Shown piece by piece: positions 50,890-64,000 of a stretch of 64,000 bases of DNA. Source of the stretch: Eledone cirrhosa. Taxonomy: Eukaryota. The stretch spans positions 99,386,001-99,450,000 of the forward strand of contig OZ024745.1 in NCBI GenBank assembly GCA_964016885.1, written 5' to 3'. The notes under the pieces were generated by a model. That model saw nothing but the letters and a program-made list of their open reading frames with translations, was not told the DNA's origin and searched no databases. Positions within the stretch are counted from its first letter, which is position 1, and every line of letters starts with the position of its first letter. A program made the translations under genes and the position numbers.

Positions 50890-51100
50890 GATCGACTTGC
50901 GTCAAATCGGACCGAGGAAACACTGTTTCCGTTGGTATTTCCAATTGCTAATACTACCTATCGGGTGAAACTCCAAGTACAAGGAGTAAAGTGAAATAAA
51001 GTGTCTTGCTCAAGGACATAACGCATTGCCCGGTCCAGGAATCGAACTTACAACCTCAGTATTGCGAATCCAGTTATCTAACCAATCAGCCACACACCTT
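50890..51100 (-). mobile_element. tRNA-derived SINE (same family as 799-1010)
   Basis: Collinear with 799-1010 over its full length. Confidence 0.85.
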
Positions 51101-51264
51101 CAGAATCGATAATTTGACCAAGTAACCCCGCTTCTTGGTTAGTACTGTTTCAATTTGTTATATTTAATTTAGCAAATTAATTACATTTCAACGATTTGTA
51201 ATGAGCTAAAGTCTGACTGAATCAAAACGCAGTAATTCTGCTGAAGAAAACATTAGCACAATCA

Positions 51265-51296
51265 CCAATACCACCACCAACACCACCACCAACACC

Positions 51297-51327
<31 letters not shown>

Positions 51328-51902
51328 CCACCACCACTATCTCCATCAACAGCCACTCCCACCACCATCATTATCAACATTGCCGCCGCTACCACCAACA
51401 CCTCCAGCATCCCTACCACCACCACTATCACCATCAACACCCCCCCTCCTATCACCATCACCATCGCCATCACCACAACCACTGCCACCATCATCAGCAC
51501 CAGCACCCCCCAGCACCATCACCAGCACAGCAGCACCACCACCACTATCACCACACCATTACAACCATAATGATCATCATTATCATCTACAGCTCTTTCT
51601 CCTGCAGCAGCACTATCACCAATATCACCGCGACCACCATCACCACCAGCACCATCACCACCGCAACCAACACCACCGCCGCCACCACCACCACCATCAC
51701 CACCGTTGCCACCGCCACTACCACCGCCACCACCATCACCACCACCACCAAAACCACCAACACCAACACCACCACCGCCACCACCATCACCACCACCACC
51801 AACGCCACCACCTCCACCATCCCTACCACCACCACCACTACCACCACCACCACTATCACCATCAGCACCACCACCACCACCTCCACCAGCATCATCATCA
51901 AC
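51265..51902. repeat. Degenerate (CAC/CAT)n low-complexity tract
   Basis: Read directly. Confidence 0.9.
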
Positions 51903-51914
51903 ATGGGTGACCTG

Positions 51915-52005
<91 letters not shown>

Positions 52006-52568
52006 TAAATTAGCGAGAATCGTATTTCGGCTTTGAAATTAGCGAAAAACAACTTTCGAGATGTGTGGCAACCGCTCAATAATTCTGACGAACCAGAGCT
52101 ACAACATACGTTAAAAGGCCAAACACACTGAGACGATCGTTAAACCGTCATCCGCACAGCCATAGAAACGACCAAGTAATTCGGGTCAAACAAATAAAAA
52201 AAATATGTGATTGAAAAAATTTACCCGGACCCCTGGATGGTTGGTAAAATCCAGCATTTGGGTTTCTGCGACTCCTAAATCAAGTACTGTCCCCTTAGAC
52301 AAATAATGTTAGGCTCCTGGTAAGATGATTGAACAAGGAAGTCACTTTCTCAACAGGTTTTAGTTCAAGTGCCAGGCGAAGGAATGACCGTTACCGATAC
52401 CCACGTGGGGCTCGACAAGGGAGGCAACCCTTATTTTTGGCGGATGAAATTCAGTATGTGTATATTATTGCAAAAATGCAAAATATCACAAAACGAATTA
52501 AGCTCTCAACAAAATGGTTATAAGTTAACAAAAGCTATTCATCAGTCAATAGAATCAACTAAAAAAAT

Positions 52569-52687
<119 letters not shown>

Positions 52688-52966
52688 CAGTAGCCAATTA
52701 ATAACACCAATAATAGCCTACACAAAATTTGGCATGTCATTTGGAATATGTGTAGAGGAAGAACAATAATCTATAGCTATGTTGGACATTTCGGAAACTA
52801 ATAGAAAATCCAATACCACTAGTTTCTCATTGCTTTAATTGTAATAGTCTCTTGATAACATCCTTGACTTACTTCCCAAAGGATGTGTGATAGAACTTGC
52901 CAAAGTAAAAATGATATATAACATACAATTCTATTGTTTTTCTTGTAGTTATTACCATTATTTTAG

Positions 52967-53038
<72 letters not shown>

Positions 53039-54559
53039 TTGTTGTTGTGATTACCAACATCATTATCAACATTGTTTCCTTCTGCCGCAATAGGTTTTCT
53101 TAATACAAAGAAAATAATTTACTTTTGTTTTTATATCTGGCAAGTATTTCTACTTCATTATTTTCTATCAATAAACGGAAGTCCTCTCCCTCACAAACAC
53201 ATACATACTTCATAACATCTATCCCTTTCTTTCTTGACTAATTTACTGTCCTTATTTCAATAAGTTTCGATCTTAAAAGTATTTTTGCTTCTCTTCGAAT
53301 TTTCTATTATGAAGGCCATCCACACTACATTTATAAATCTATCGAATTATTTTGTTTTCTTACAAAGCTCACATGACTATACTACTAAAGCTACCATCTT
53401 GTATTAGCATGCATACATTCTGAAGCTCTGAAACGTGTTCTCATTTTTAATATACTACTCACATTAAGCATGGCTGTTCAATCTCTTTTCACTGAACAAT
53501 TGGAAATAGTTTGAAATAAGTCATCACGTAAAGCACCTGGTTGTCTAAATATTTACTGGAATTATGTGTACGCTACGGCTAACTTGTGATGATATTCCAA
53601 CACCATTTTCGCTTTTAACACAACTAGTTTATAAATAACATCAAAATAAATTAGAAAAAGTTAGATATACTACACGCCATGATGTGAGATGCAACCATAT
53701 GGTAACTTCCGCTAGTGTGAGCCATAACAACACAATACCACAAAACAAGAAGAAACAGATTAAATATATATTAATAATTAAATGTGATTTTACTATAACA
53801 TTCAAAAAGCCAGATTAGTCATAAATTGATGCACTCTTTCCTTTTGCTTTTTTTCCTTTCTCGTTTGTAGTTCCTTGTTCGTTTTCCTGTCTCACTCTCA
53901 CAGTGATTTAATCTGGTTCAATACTTCCGCCATCTTATTGATTAGATACGCCGATTTGTTGGGAGAAACGATGAAAATAATGGCCGTCTATTAATTTTCT
54001 TTCGGTATTAGATATTGTACAGTTCTTTCTCACATATATTTTTTATATCTAACTGACGAAATGCAGTGGTCATGGCCTTTGCATACTCTCCCAGACTGCA
54101 GTGATTTAATGTAGTTGATGTTCAGTTTGTAACCATGAAGGTCGACATCCGTGTGAAACAACATAGGCGGAGATTATAGAAAACTATTCAACCTGCCTCC
54201 ATTTTTCGAATTGCTGTAGTGATCTAAAGGAAATAACATTGAAACAGTTTCACAAACAAAAACTGAATCACCACAATAAACCATTCGTTTAGTTAACTTT
54301 CACGGTACCCTTTACACTTTTAACCTCGTTTTCCTTGTTCAACTTAAGAATTAAAGAGAAAGAACAGAAGTTGAACAAGGAAAACGAGGTTATTTGTCAT
54401 TTTAAAATAAATATTTTTCTCTCTTTTCTAATTCTTTTATTTTAGTTTCATCTTAAAATAATTTTTTTATTCATAGTGTTTGACGTTACTTTTCTGTTTT
54501 TAGTGTTTCTCATTTTTGCTTTGATTTTGAGAATGTTCAAAGAATAGTTTAGACTGACT

Positions 54560-55027
54560 ATTTAATCGAATTTCCCCTCCTCCCAAATTGCTGGTCTTAT
54601 GCCTATATGAAAAACCATTATTAGTTTATGGTGTAGAGCGGTGGATTGGCAGTATTGGTAGAGGGTCGGACTCCATGCTTTGCAGCATAGAGCTACGGTC
54701 CTTTAGAATCTGAGTTCAAATCCCGCCGAGGTTAACTTTGCCTTTCATCCTTACGGGGTCGATAAAATAAAGTACCAGTCACGCACTAGGGTCGATTTTT
54801 ATCGACTTTCCCCTCCCCCAAAAATTGCTGGCCTTGTGCCTATATAAGAAACCATTATTAATTTATGGTGTGGATTGGCAGTATCGGTAGAGGGTCGGAC
54901 GCCATGCTTTGCAGCATAGAATTGCGGCCCTTTACCACCTTTCATCCTTACGGGGTCGATAAAATAAAGCACCAGTAATGCACTGGGGTAATTGCTGGCC
55001 TTGTGCCAACATTAGAAACAATTATTA
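54560..55027 (+). mobile_element. Tandem cluster of three Nin-type SINE copies
   Basis: ggattggcagtat.ggtagagggtcggac...gctggccttgtgcc is repeated, with units joined by attattagtttatggtgt. Confidence 0.85.
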
Positions 55028-55439
55028 GTTTATTTCAAATATTTTTGTTTGTAATTAGAATTCAACTATAATATAAATTGATATTTATCAATTGTTGATG
55101 TTATTTTTTATCTTTTACTGTTGTATTTTTTATTCAGGTTCATATTCTAGAAACTATTTTATTTTTTTTGTAATAGTTAGCAATATTGGAACATAGTGTG
55201 CTACTTATCAAGATCCTCCCTTGTACTTATGTACATGACCATTCACTCACGAATTTAAGCTTAATTTAATTTCAATATACTAAAGATGTCCCACGTATAC
55301 CAGAAGGACATATTATCCTCCTTTATTCGTTTAGCATAGAAACTGTTATACACTCGTAACCTGTACATTAATTAACCTGCCAAAATAAAGTACCAGTAAT
55401 GTACTGGGTAATTGCTGGCCTTGTGCCAAAAGTAGAAAC

Positions 55440-55469
<30 letters not shown>

Positions 55470-55474
<5 letters not shown>

Positions 55475-55688
55475 AACGAGTAGGACCCCGACGGCTGAGA
55501 TCAAGTCGTTTCGACGGCTAATTCTGGACTAAAAAAAAAAATAAAAAAAAAAGTCCAGAATTAGCCATCGAAACGGCTTGAGCTCAGCCGTCGGGGTCCT
55601 ACTCGTTCCTATTACCCACTCTACTACCCTAAGTATTGAGTACTTTGGTGCGTTATGGTCCACCTGGTTCCTTACCACATTTCCTTCG

Positions 55689-55691
<3 letters not shown>
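55470..55691. mobile_element. Family-X non-autonomous PLE foldback
   Basis: Same arms and tail as 29001-29211, but with an A-rich loop. Both flanks are (TA)n. Confidence 0.85.
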
Positions 55692-55725
<34 letters not shown>

Positions 55726-56280
55726 ATACATTAACAGAGAAAGCTTTAAGCAATACTCCGACCGGCTTACGTCTCACTCAACAAACATTAGGATATACCA
55801 ATTATACGTTTGGGGTCCTAACTATACCTATTTTGCGGATAGCCAGTTGTATTATTTTATATGAGACATAATTAAAATACATCTCTCTTTCCAAACGATC
55901 GTTTCATTATAAGTTTTCTACAATATATATATAGTATTGTACACATACACATACCAACCTACCACAGTAGTCAGCTCCTACAACCTCCTACCCCATTTTG
56001 AACTATTGACCACTAGATTAAACAAAACAACGTGGCCTCCTTCCTTGCCAACTTTTCAGAAGGCATGATAGAAGAAATTTTGCTCAAACATTCGTTTTTT
56101 ATTTTATTTTTTATTTTAAACACTTTTTTTCCTCCCTTTTTAATTAACTTTTTTCACTGAATTTGACAAGATGGATTTTAATACATCGAAACCGGTAATT
56201 TTTCCATACACTTTATATACTCCATAAAAAATTTTCCAAAAAAGAATTGACCCTCTTTTTTTAATAACACTATCTTTTCA

Positions 56281-56470
56281 ATAATTGTTTCTACTTTTGG
56301 CACAAGGCCAGCAATTACCCAGTGCATTACTGGTACTTTATTTTATCGACCCTGTAAGGATGAAAGGCAAAGTTAACCTCGGCAGGATTTGAACTCAGAT
56401 CAGAAAGGGGCGTAACTCTGTGCTACAAAGCATGTTGTCCGACCCTCTACCGATACTGCCAAACCACCAC
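56281..56470 (-). mobile_element. Nin-type SINE with target-site duplication
   Basis: Full SINE on the minus strand. cactatcttttcaataat appears on both sides (~56268 and ~56471). Confidence 0.85.
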
Positions 56471-56558
56471 CACTATCTTTTCAATAATGTCACTTTGACG
56501 AATCAAAAAAGAAAAACTGACCCTTAAACATATCTCCCGTGCTATATCCAAACTTCAT

Positions 56559-56663
<105 letters not shown>

Positions 56664-56829
56664 AATTAATATCTAGTAACATATATATACATACAGATGC
56701 ATAACAATGCTAGCAAATATATAGGTTTTGTCTTAGTAACATTGTGGTTCAATGCATGGGGTTGCAGAACAATAATATGAGAGACGTAAAATAAGAAAAT
56801 TATAAAATTAACTTACTTACTAAAATATC

Positions 56830-56911
56830 ACTTCCAACTAATTAGTTTCTGGAATGGAGTAAATATATTTTCCGAAGAAGATAAAGAGAAACATTCCGTC
56901 GTCAGGGAAGT
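56830..56911 (-). ncRNA. Type I hammerhead ribozyme
   Basis: Minus strand: acttcc-CTGACGA-cggaatg...cattcca-GAAA-CTAATTAG-TT-ggaagt. Confidence 0.85.
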
Positions 56912-57351
56912 CTATTCTCATCTAAGTTTCCAGGCAAAGCGAGGACTCTGGAAACTTATTAAAAAATAATTCAGTGGAAAGGAAATAGCAAAGCGTGGAC
57001 TGAATTCCTAGCCATTGAGAAAATCACTGCCTCTGCGTCTGTGGAAAATTCAAAAAGAATCAATCACGTGACATCGAGGTCAATCAGTGGAAAGTGGTTT
57101 GCTATTAAGACGGCGGCCTGCCTACTACCATAGCAGCAGTCATGGCCAATATTGCTCGACAAATAATTTGGAGATAATTATAAAGAATTAATATCTAGTA
57201 ACATATATATACATACAGATGCATATCAATGCTAGCAAATATATAGGTTTTGTCTTAGTAACATTGTGGTTCAATGCATGGGGTTGCAGAACAATAATAT
57301 GAGAGACGTAAAATAAGAAAATTATAAAATTAACTTACTTACTAAAATATA

Positions 57352-57433
57352 ACTTCCAACTAATTAGTTTCTGGAATGGAGTAAATATATTTTCCGAAGA
57401 AGATAAAGAGAAACATTCCGTCGTCAGGGAAGT
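57352..57433 (-). ncRNA. Type I hammerhead ribozyme (tandem copy)
   Basis: Same motif as 56830-56911, 522 bp away. Confidence 0.85.
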
Positions 57434-57630
57434 CTATTCTCATCTAAGTTTCCAGGCAAAGCGAGGACTCTGGAAACTTATTAAAAAATAATTCAGTGGA
57501 AAGGAAATAGACTTATAATAATGTTTCTCTATATCTTCTTCGGAAAATATATTTACTCCATTCCAGAAACTAATTAGTTGGAAGTGATATTTTAGTAAGT
57601 AAGTTAATTTTATAATTTTCTTATTTTACG

Positions 57631-57765
<135 letters not shown>

Positions 57766-57829
57766 TGTATGTATGTATGTATGTATGTATGTGTGTGTGT
57801 GTGTGTGTGTATATACATATATTAAGGCC

Positions 57830-58660
57830 AGTTACTTCAACGGTGTCATACCAGGTACGTACGTTTCGTTAGCCCCGAGGACCAACTTGTTCAACCTGTG
57901 CCGATGAAAATGTACCGGAAAATGTTTACTTTAAAAGGAAAATGCAGGACAATAGTGAAAGAGAGAAGAACCACAAAACCAATGGCAGATAATCTGTAGT
58001 ATCTTCCATTTGATGAAGAAGTCCATGTTCTTGTCTTTGAGTTGCTATATTTTATTTGCGGTGTTTCTTTTATTTGGGTATCTGAAGGTCGTTTCGTGAT
58101 TAAGAAAGCGATTTTAAACTGGCTCTCTGACATACCGATGTATTTCCAGGCTTTCTTTTAATGGTGTTAATTCAATGAAGAGACTTCAGCTTTCATTGTT
58201 GATCCAGCAGGCATGACTCAAGTTTTGTTTTTTACAAGATATCCATATACTTTGGGGCTCTGTTATTTATGCAGGAGGCATGATTTCATGTTTCTGGTGC
58301 AGGAGTATCCAATGTTGACCGTATGATGGTTAAAGATCTGGTGGTATTTGTGCCCTAGGGGGGAAGTCTATGAGGGCTAAAAACCTCTTTCCGACATTTG
58401 TTTTGACATTTAACAAGCAGGAAAGAGAGAACTAGAATTTGCTTTCTTTCTTTTTTTTCAGATTAGTATTTGGGGAATAGCTTGAAGAGTAGGATACATT
58501 CTCGGAGAAGTCGCTACTGTGTAAAACTATTATAGTAGGGGCTGACCTATCGAGAATGGCTTGGTTAGAAGAGAGGTAAAAAATTTGCCTACTAATATGT
58601 TGAACTAAATTATTGAAGACTATAGGGCGATGGCACGAATTCTTGTGTATGTACCTAAGG
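57830..58660 (-). mobile_element. Degenerate PLE fragment (RT thumb and GIY-YIG)
   Basis: Minus translation includes VKTNVGKRF and WKYIGMSESQFK, with many frameshifts. Confidence 0.75.
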
Positions 58661-59492
58661 CCTTGTTGTATGTGTGTGTGTGTGTGTATATGTATGTGTG
58701 CCTGTGCACGCGTGTGTATGTGTGGTGTGAGTGAGTTTTTTTTGAGTGCATACTTTTATGTCCAAAAGGACTAATTCAAATTTATGTTTTTTTTTCAAGA
58801 TATTCGATGTTTGTTGAATATTCTTTCTAAAAATAATTCCACAAATAATTTACATATAATTGTATTTTCTGCAATTCTAACATATTTGGTGTAAAATTCT
58901 TTTTCTGTTCTACAAATGTGATATAATCCGACAGTATGACAACAAAAACAAATATAAAAGCAGTGTATTCATAAAGGAAAACCCTCGTAATTTTATATTA
59001 ATCTTGTTTCTCAACAAGAAAAAATCTTATTTGTTATAGTATTCTATCAAACTGTTTCCATAGTGATTTATACGAAATATAATTTGAATGTTATTTAGAA
59101 AAGAAATGTTTCTTTCATGTGATAATTTTTGTTTATTTTTAGAATTTGTTCTTTAATATTGTACGTTGATGTACAATTACACCTTTCAAATTATTGACGA
59201 CTAGAAATTTTTTTCTTTTTTGTGACTCGTGTTCATTGAATTCAATGCTAAACAAATGCACATTGTACTCTTGCTATATATTGGCAGGTAACAAAATTAT
59301 AACACTTTACGACCCAATCACAACCCCTGTTCCAAACAATATAACATTTAAAATAAATCAATTCCTAGCTTCTAAGAATCTCTCATAGAAATATCACATT
59401 CTTTAAATAGTGGAAATTTCTTCAATCGAGTTAAATTGATTATTTACTTGTTAACTTTTGTAACCTTTGAGTCAACAGGGAAGCCTCTATGA

Positions 59493-59782
59493 CAGGCATG
59501 GGCAACCTTTTTCGAGAAGCGGGCCGCATGAGATATGGCTCATCATCAGGCGGGCCGCAAGCGCTAATTTACATTCGTGCCCACATTAAAAAAAGGGTGG
59601 TAACTCAGGTTGTTTTGATTGGTTTCTTCAGAATTCATACACGTTGTTTTCTTCAATCGTAAAAATGATAGAAAAATAAATTATGACTGAAAAGTTGGGG
59701 TAAAAAAATCAGAAAAATTTCACTTAGGTGACTTAGGCGAGCGATTCAGAAAGACTCGCGGGCTGCAGGCTGCCCATGACTT
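59493..59782. mobile_element. hAT (Charlie-like) MITE
   Basis: TIRs caggcatgggcaacct and aggctgcccatgactt; 8-bp TSD ctctatga/atctatga (7 of 8); gcgggccgca subterminal repeats. Confidence 0.8.
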
Positions 59783-60084
59783 ATCTATGACACAGAATCT
59801 ATAGAGTTACATTACATGCTCAAAACAGCAGCCATATTTCTCTCAAATCATACACCCATCGTCTTATGGGAAGGACACACTTGAATAATTTATTTCCAGA
59901 TCACACTAATCTAAAAAGAAAAGGGATGTTCTTATCTTTAATTAATTTGATCTTGGGTCTTCTCATTCAGAGCTGATATGGTTTAAACAACAAAAATAGC
60001 AACAACAAGAGAAACAGCAGTAGCATCAGCAGCAGCAACAACAACAGCAACAACAACAACAACAAATCTTGTTGAAAAATGGGT

Positions 60085-60226
60085 GAGAGAAGTGAGCGTA
60101 GCCTGAGTGAGCGTAGCCTGTAGCTTGCAGGTGGAAGACGGGAGAGGGCACTTGCCCTGATGGTCAGAGTGACTGTCGCTTTTTTCGGCTTTCTCGGCTG
60201 CTGATGCATTTGACAACAAAGGAGGT

Positions 60227-60259
<33 letters not shown>

Positions 60260-63200
60260 GTTACCAATAACACCTGTGGTAGCAGTAGTAGCAGCAGCAA
60301 CACCGACAACATCGTTTGTAGCAGTAGCAACAACAGCACCAACAACAAGACCAGAAGCAGCAGTAGAGGCGGCAACAATGATGCCACTGAAAAGGGGGCC
60401 ATCTCTTTGCAAAGTTAACTTGCAACGTAGAAACAATCATGATCACAGAGGAGGAGATGGCGGTCGCAAGACACATGGTAACCAGAAGTGAATTTTCAGT
60501 GTCCTTGAAACCACCAACCGACTTCCTGGAGGAACAAGAGCGACGCACAGTGTCGTACCGCACAACTGCCACGAAATCGCGTCGTGTAGAAGGAGCCTCG
60601 GAGGCCCAAATCCAGAAGGCCTTGGGAACTGTGTGGGCACGCAAAACCTACATTGAAATATGCTACTGTGAACGTCCTTTTTGCTACCACCCAGGAATCA
60701 AAATCGAACTCACTGAGGACCCTACGGAGTGATGACATAACGTTAGTCCCGTTTTATTGCAAGAAAAATATTGCAAAGGTCAGAGTAACCCAGGTCCCGC
60801 CCTACGTACCCGTGCCTTGGATGGTCGTGTCTGTTCTTGCGGGCATCGAGGATAGAACAACCATTCTGCAAGTACAGAATTTGGGGAGAGAGGACTGGTC
60901 CGGTATTGGAATGGAGATGCTCATCCAAACCGACCAGGACTGCATCAGCGCTATTCCCGACGTAATAGACCCCGGGAATGGCTCCCAACTTCCCATATCT
61001 GTGGAAGGAAGGCGCCCAAAATGCTTCAACTGTGGATCGAAGTCTCACCCCAGGGCCTTCTGCCCAGAGAAAATAACAAAGGCGACGGTCCCCCACCTTC
61101 CAACGCCCGGAACCACTGCCAACAGAAACAGAGAAGTCAGCGAAAAAGTCGGGAGCTTCTACAGAGAGTAGGAAGACAACGTCCGTGGCGCCCACACCAA
61201 AGCCACGGACAACAAAAACAGCGGCGGCAACAGAAACTGTTGCACTAGCTGCACCTGTGCCAAGAACGGCAGACCAGGCTCCACCACCACCACCACCACC
61301 AACAACAACAACAAAGACAAATGAGAGGGTAGAACTTATACCCCTCCCCGACCTCTCACAATCGGACATGGAGTATGAGGCGGCTGAGGAATGGAAAACG
61401 GTTGTCAACAAAAAGAACAAACGCAAAAGCACCACAGATTCTCCCTCCCAAAACGAAGGTAAAGAAAGAGGGGTAAAGGCTGCAAGGAGACTTGCAGCAA
61501 CACCACCACCATCACCATCACCACCAACAACAGCAACCACACCACCACAAGCATCACCAAAAACACCAACATCGCAAACACAACAAAGCACACACACCCA
61601 ACAGTAACAAAAAGAAAACAGCAACAAAATCAACACCTCACCCCCAAAAGTACACAGCCATAAATATCACACACAAAGGATTAATGGAACATATAAAACA
61701 ACACACTGACATTACAGACTCAAATTACCACACCCCACCAACACCAAGAACATTATCCAAAAACATTACAATTGTCGAAATTAAACTGGAAGACTATAAA
61801 CAATTAAAGCAAAAATTCCCCAACGCAGTTGGAGATTTTAGAGGATCACTCTCCAAAAGAATATATACCGATATCATCTTGGAGACACCCATGACCAGCC
61901 GAACAGACGGTTCTACTGTCCCTTCCCCGTACGATCAAGGTAAGTGGTCCTTTCTCACTTACCCCGTTTCCTCAACCAGCATGGCCGTACTTAGAATAGG
62001 CAGTATAAATGTACGTGGCCTGGGGTCATCTTGGAAGATGACAAAGCTTACAGAGACCGGATTAGCGAATTAGTTAAGCGTGCGTTGACGGGTGCGACCG
62101 TCAACAACAGGTGGTGGTTTACCCTGAAAAGAGTTATTAGAGTAGAATCGATAAGGTTTAGCAAAGGAATAGTGATAGAGGAAAATAGAGTAGAGGGAGA
62201 GTTAGTTAGAAAGCTAGAAGCGGCGTTTAGGACAGGCATCGCAACCGACGTGTTTGCGGCGAGATTGGCAGTCGACCAATTCTTCAACGCAAAGCATGAA
62301 GGCTGCGTTGTCAGAGCTAGAGCGCGTGCTCTAAGACACGAGGGGGACGAAAGCCGTTCAATGGGCCGCGGTGGTGGAGGCGCACGTGGAAACTAGTTCA
62401 CAATTCGGTCTTTGGATGATCAATACGGGCGCATGTTGCTCGAACCCGAGCAGATGTGTACGGTTTTTCAACAGCACTTTCTCAATTGTTCGGGAGCGGC
62501 GGCGGGCCGCATCGGAATATGGACTTCGGTGCATACCTCGAAGGAATGCCGCGGCTCTCGACGACCGCAGCGCAGTGCTGCGAAAAGCCGATACAGCAGG
62601 TGAAATACGAGAAGCGATGTCTGACTGCACGATGGGTAAATCGCCAGGTTTGGATGGTCTGCTCTACAAGCTTTATGCGTATATGCCAGAATTGTTCGGC
62701 GACCTCTTGGCAGATGTCTACTGCAACTGGCAGCAGAACGGGAGCATTCAAAGTTTTGTGAGCCGGGGAGTGGTGGCGCTGCTGAGAATAGACCCGAACA
62801 GGGGGAATGTTATAGACAACTTCAGCCCCATAACTCTGCTAAACGCAGTGTTTAAGTTTTTGGCCAAGGTGTTAGCAAAGAGATTGGCGCTTGTCGTCGG
62901 TGATCTGGTGGGAGAGGCGCAGATATGTGCCATTCCGGACAGATCCATCCATGACAACCTCCATCTCATGCGATACATCATAGAGAGGATGTTAAGGAAA
63001 CTGGCACGGGTGTGGCCCTGATCAACTTGGATCAGTCTAAAGCATTTGATAGGGTCGACTATCGGTAACTGGACTATCGGTCCTCGAGACGGCCGGCTTC
63101 GGGCCCGTTTTTAGGGGCTGGATCGCTGCGATGCACAGCAACATCTGCTCGATTGTGAGGGTGAATGGTCACCTGTCGCAGCCTTTCAGCATCATGCGCT

Positions 63201-64000
63201 CGGTCCGCCAGGGTTGCCCCCTCTCGTCCCTCTTGTACGTACTGGCCCTCGAGCCGTTACTGCACAAATTGAAGACGATAACGGGGTCCCACGCGAACTG
63301 GGAAGCGGGAGATCCGTGTCAGCTTACGCCGACGACGTCACTGTGGTGGTGTCGAGCACCAAACACGTCCAGATGCTGGGCACCGCTTTCAAGGAATACG
63401 AAGCGGTTACAGGAGCAAAGATAAACCAGGAAAAGTCGGTGGTCTTGCAACTTGGCACCTGGAGACGCAAGTCAATGGCGTCCGACAGCGTCGTGGGGCG
63501 CTGGACGGAAGGACCGGTTAAATTGCTCGGGGTCTGGTTCGGTCCGGACCTCCAGATGGAGACAAACTGGAGCGAGGTGACGAGTAGGGTGGCCTCTCTC
63601 GCCCAGAGATGGGCCGAGAGGAAGCTGTCTCTGAAAGGTCAGGCGGAGGTGGCGAATGCGTACATCGCGTCCGTCATCTGCTACCGCCTGACCGTCGTAC
63701 CTTGCCCACGCCCAACTCTGATAAAAATGGAGCGCCTTCACTTCCGCTTTTTGTGGAAGGGACATGCTCCCTTGGTCGGACGATCCATTTGCTGTCAACA
63801 CTTCTTGCGTGGAGGACTAGGCATACCGTGGCTCATGATGCGCAAACATGCGCTAAGGCTGTGACATCTCTGGTGCTTCCTTGACGGTGAACAGGTGTGG
63901 TCACCGTTTGCCAGACGCGCTTTCCCCCAGCTCGTCTCCTTGAGCTATGTCGAACAGCTGCTGGCGCGTGTAAGACGGATCCGATTATCGACTGAGTCCA
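60085..64000 (+). mobile_element. Diverged Tx1-group L1 (copy E), degenerate, endonuclease deleted, running off the window
   Basis: ORF1 remnants include SVEGRRPKCFNCGSKSHPRAFC. ORF2 starts at ATG 61981 (MAVLRIGSINVRGL) and retains KSPGLDG, RQGCPLS and AYADD. Confidence 0.92.

Noticed and set aside
51222-52013. Poly-His, poly-Pro and poly-Thr ORFs
   Set aside because: The degenerate (CAC)n tract is open in most frames and has no splice or complexity support.
52887-53093. Poly-Cys and poly-Ala ORFs
   Set aside because: They come from a (GTT)n(GCT)n compound microsatellite.
54053-54075. CTGACGA hammerhead-like core
   Set aside because: No stems I-III or correctly placed GAAA were found.
54190-54245. 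Minus-strand splice-acceptor-like site ttatttcctttag
   Set aside because: All three frames stop within about 50 nt and there is no strong donor, so it is too weak to call an exon.

Overview
AT-rich, microsatellite-saturated animal DNA made almost entirely of transposable elements. I found no confident host gene. The SINE types and (TA)n density suggest an octopod cephalopod, which is an inference. Two element systems dominate. (1) Tx1-group L1 retrotransposons: four diverged copies are stacked head-to-tail in one (TATC)n microsatellite at 12.6-25.8 kb, one of them nearly intact with ORF1 and an APE-RT-zinc-finger ORF2, and two more relatives lie at the window ends. (2) Penelope-like elements (PLEs) and their non-autonomous derivatives, inserted in (TA)n. 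These carry about 15 canonical-core plus several variant or degenerate minimal type I hammerhead ribozyme motifs. They repeatedly form an asymmetric foldback in which one arm ends at an internal TA-rich site and the other runs to the RNA tail. Some insertions carry a tail from a different family, one encloses an unknown ORF, and one is a 522-bp tandem retrozyme-like repeat. Also present are a young 2.8-kb element with 673-bp TIRs, RTE, CRE and Gypsy remnants, mariner, pogo-like and hAT MITEs, and tRNA-derived SINEs. All motifs were read by eye, so boundaries are approximate to a few bases.
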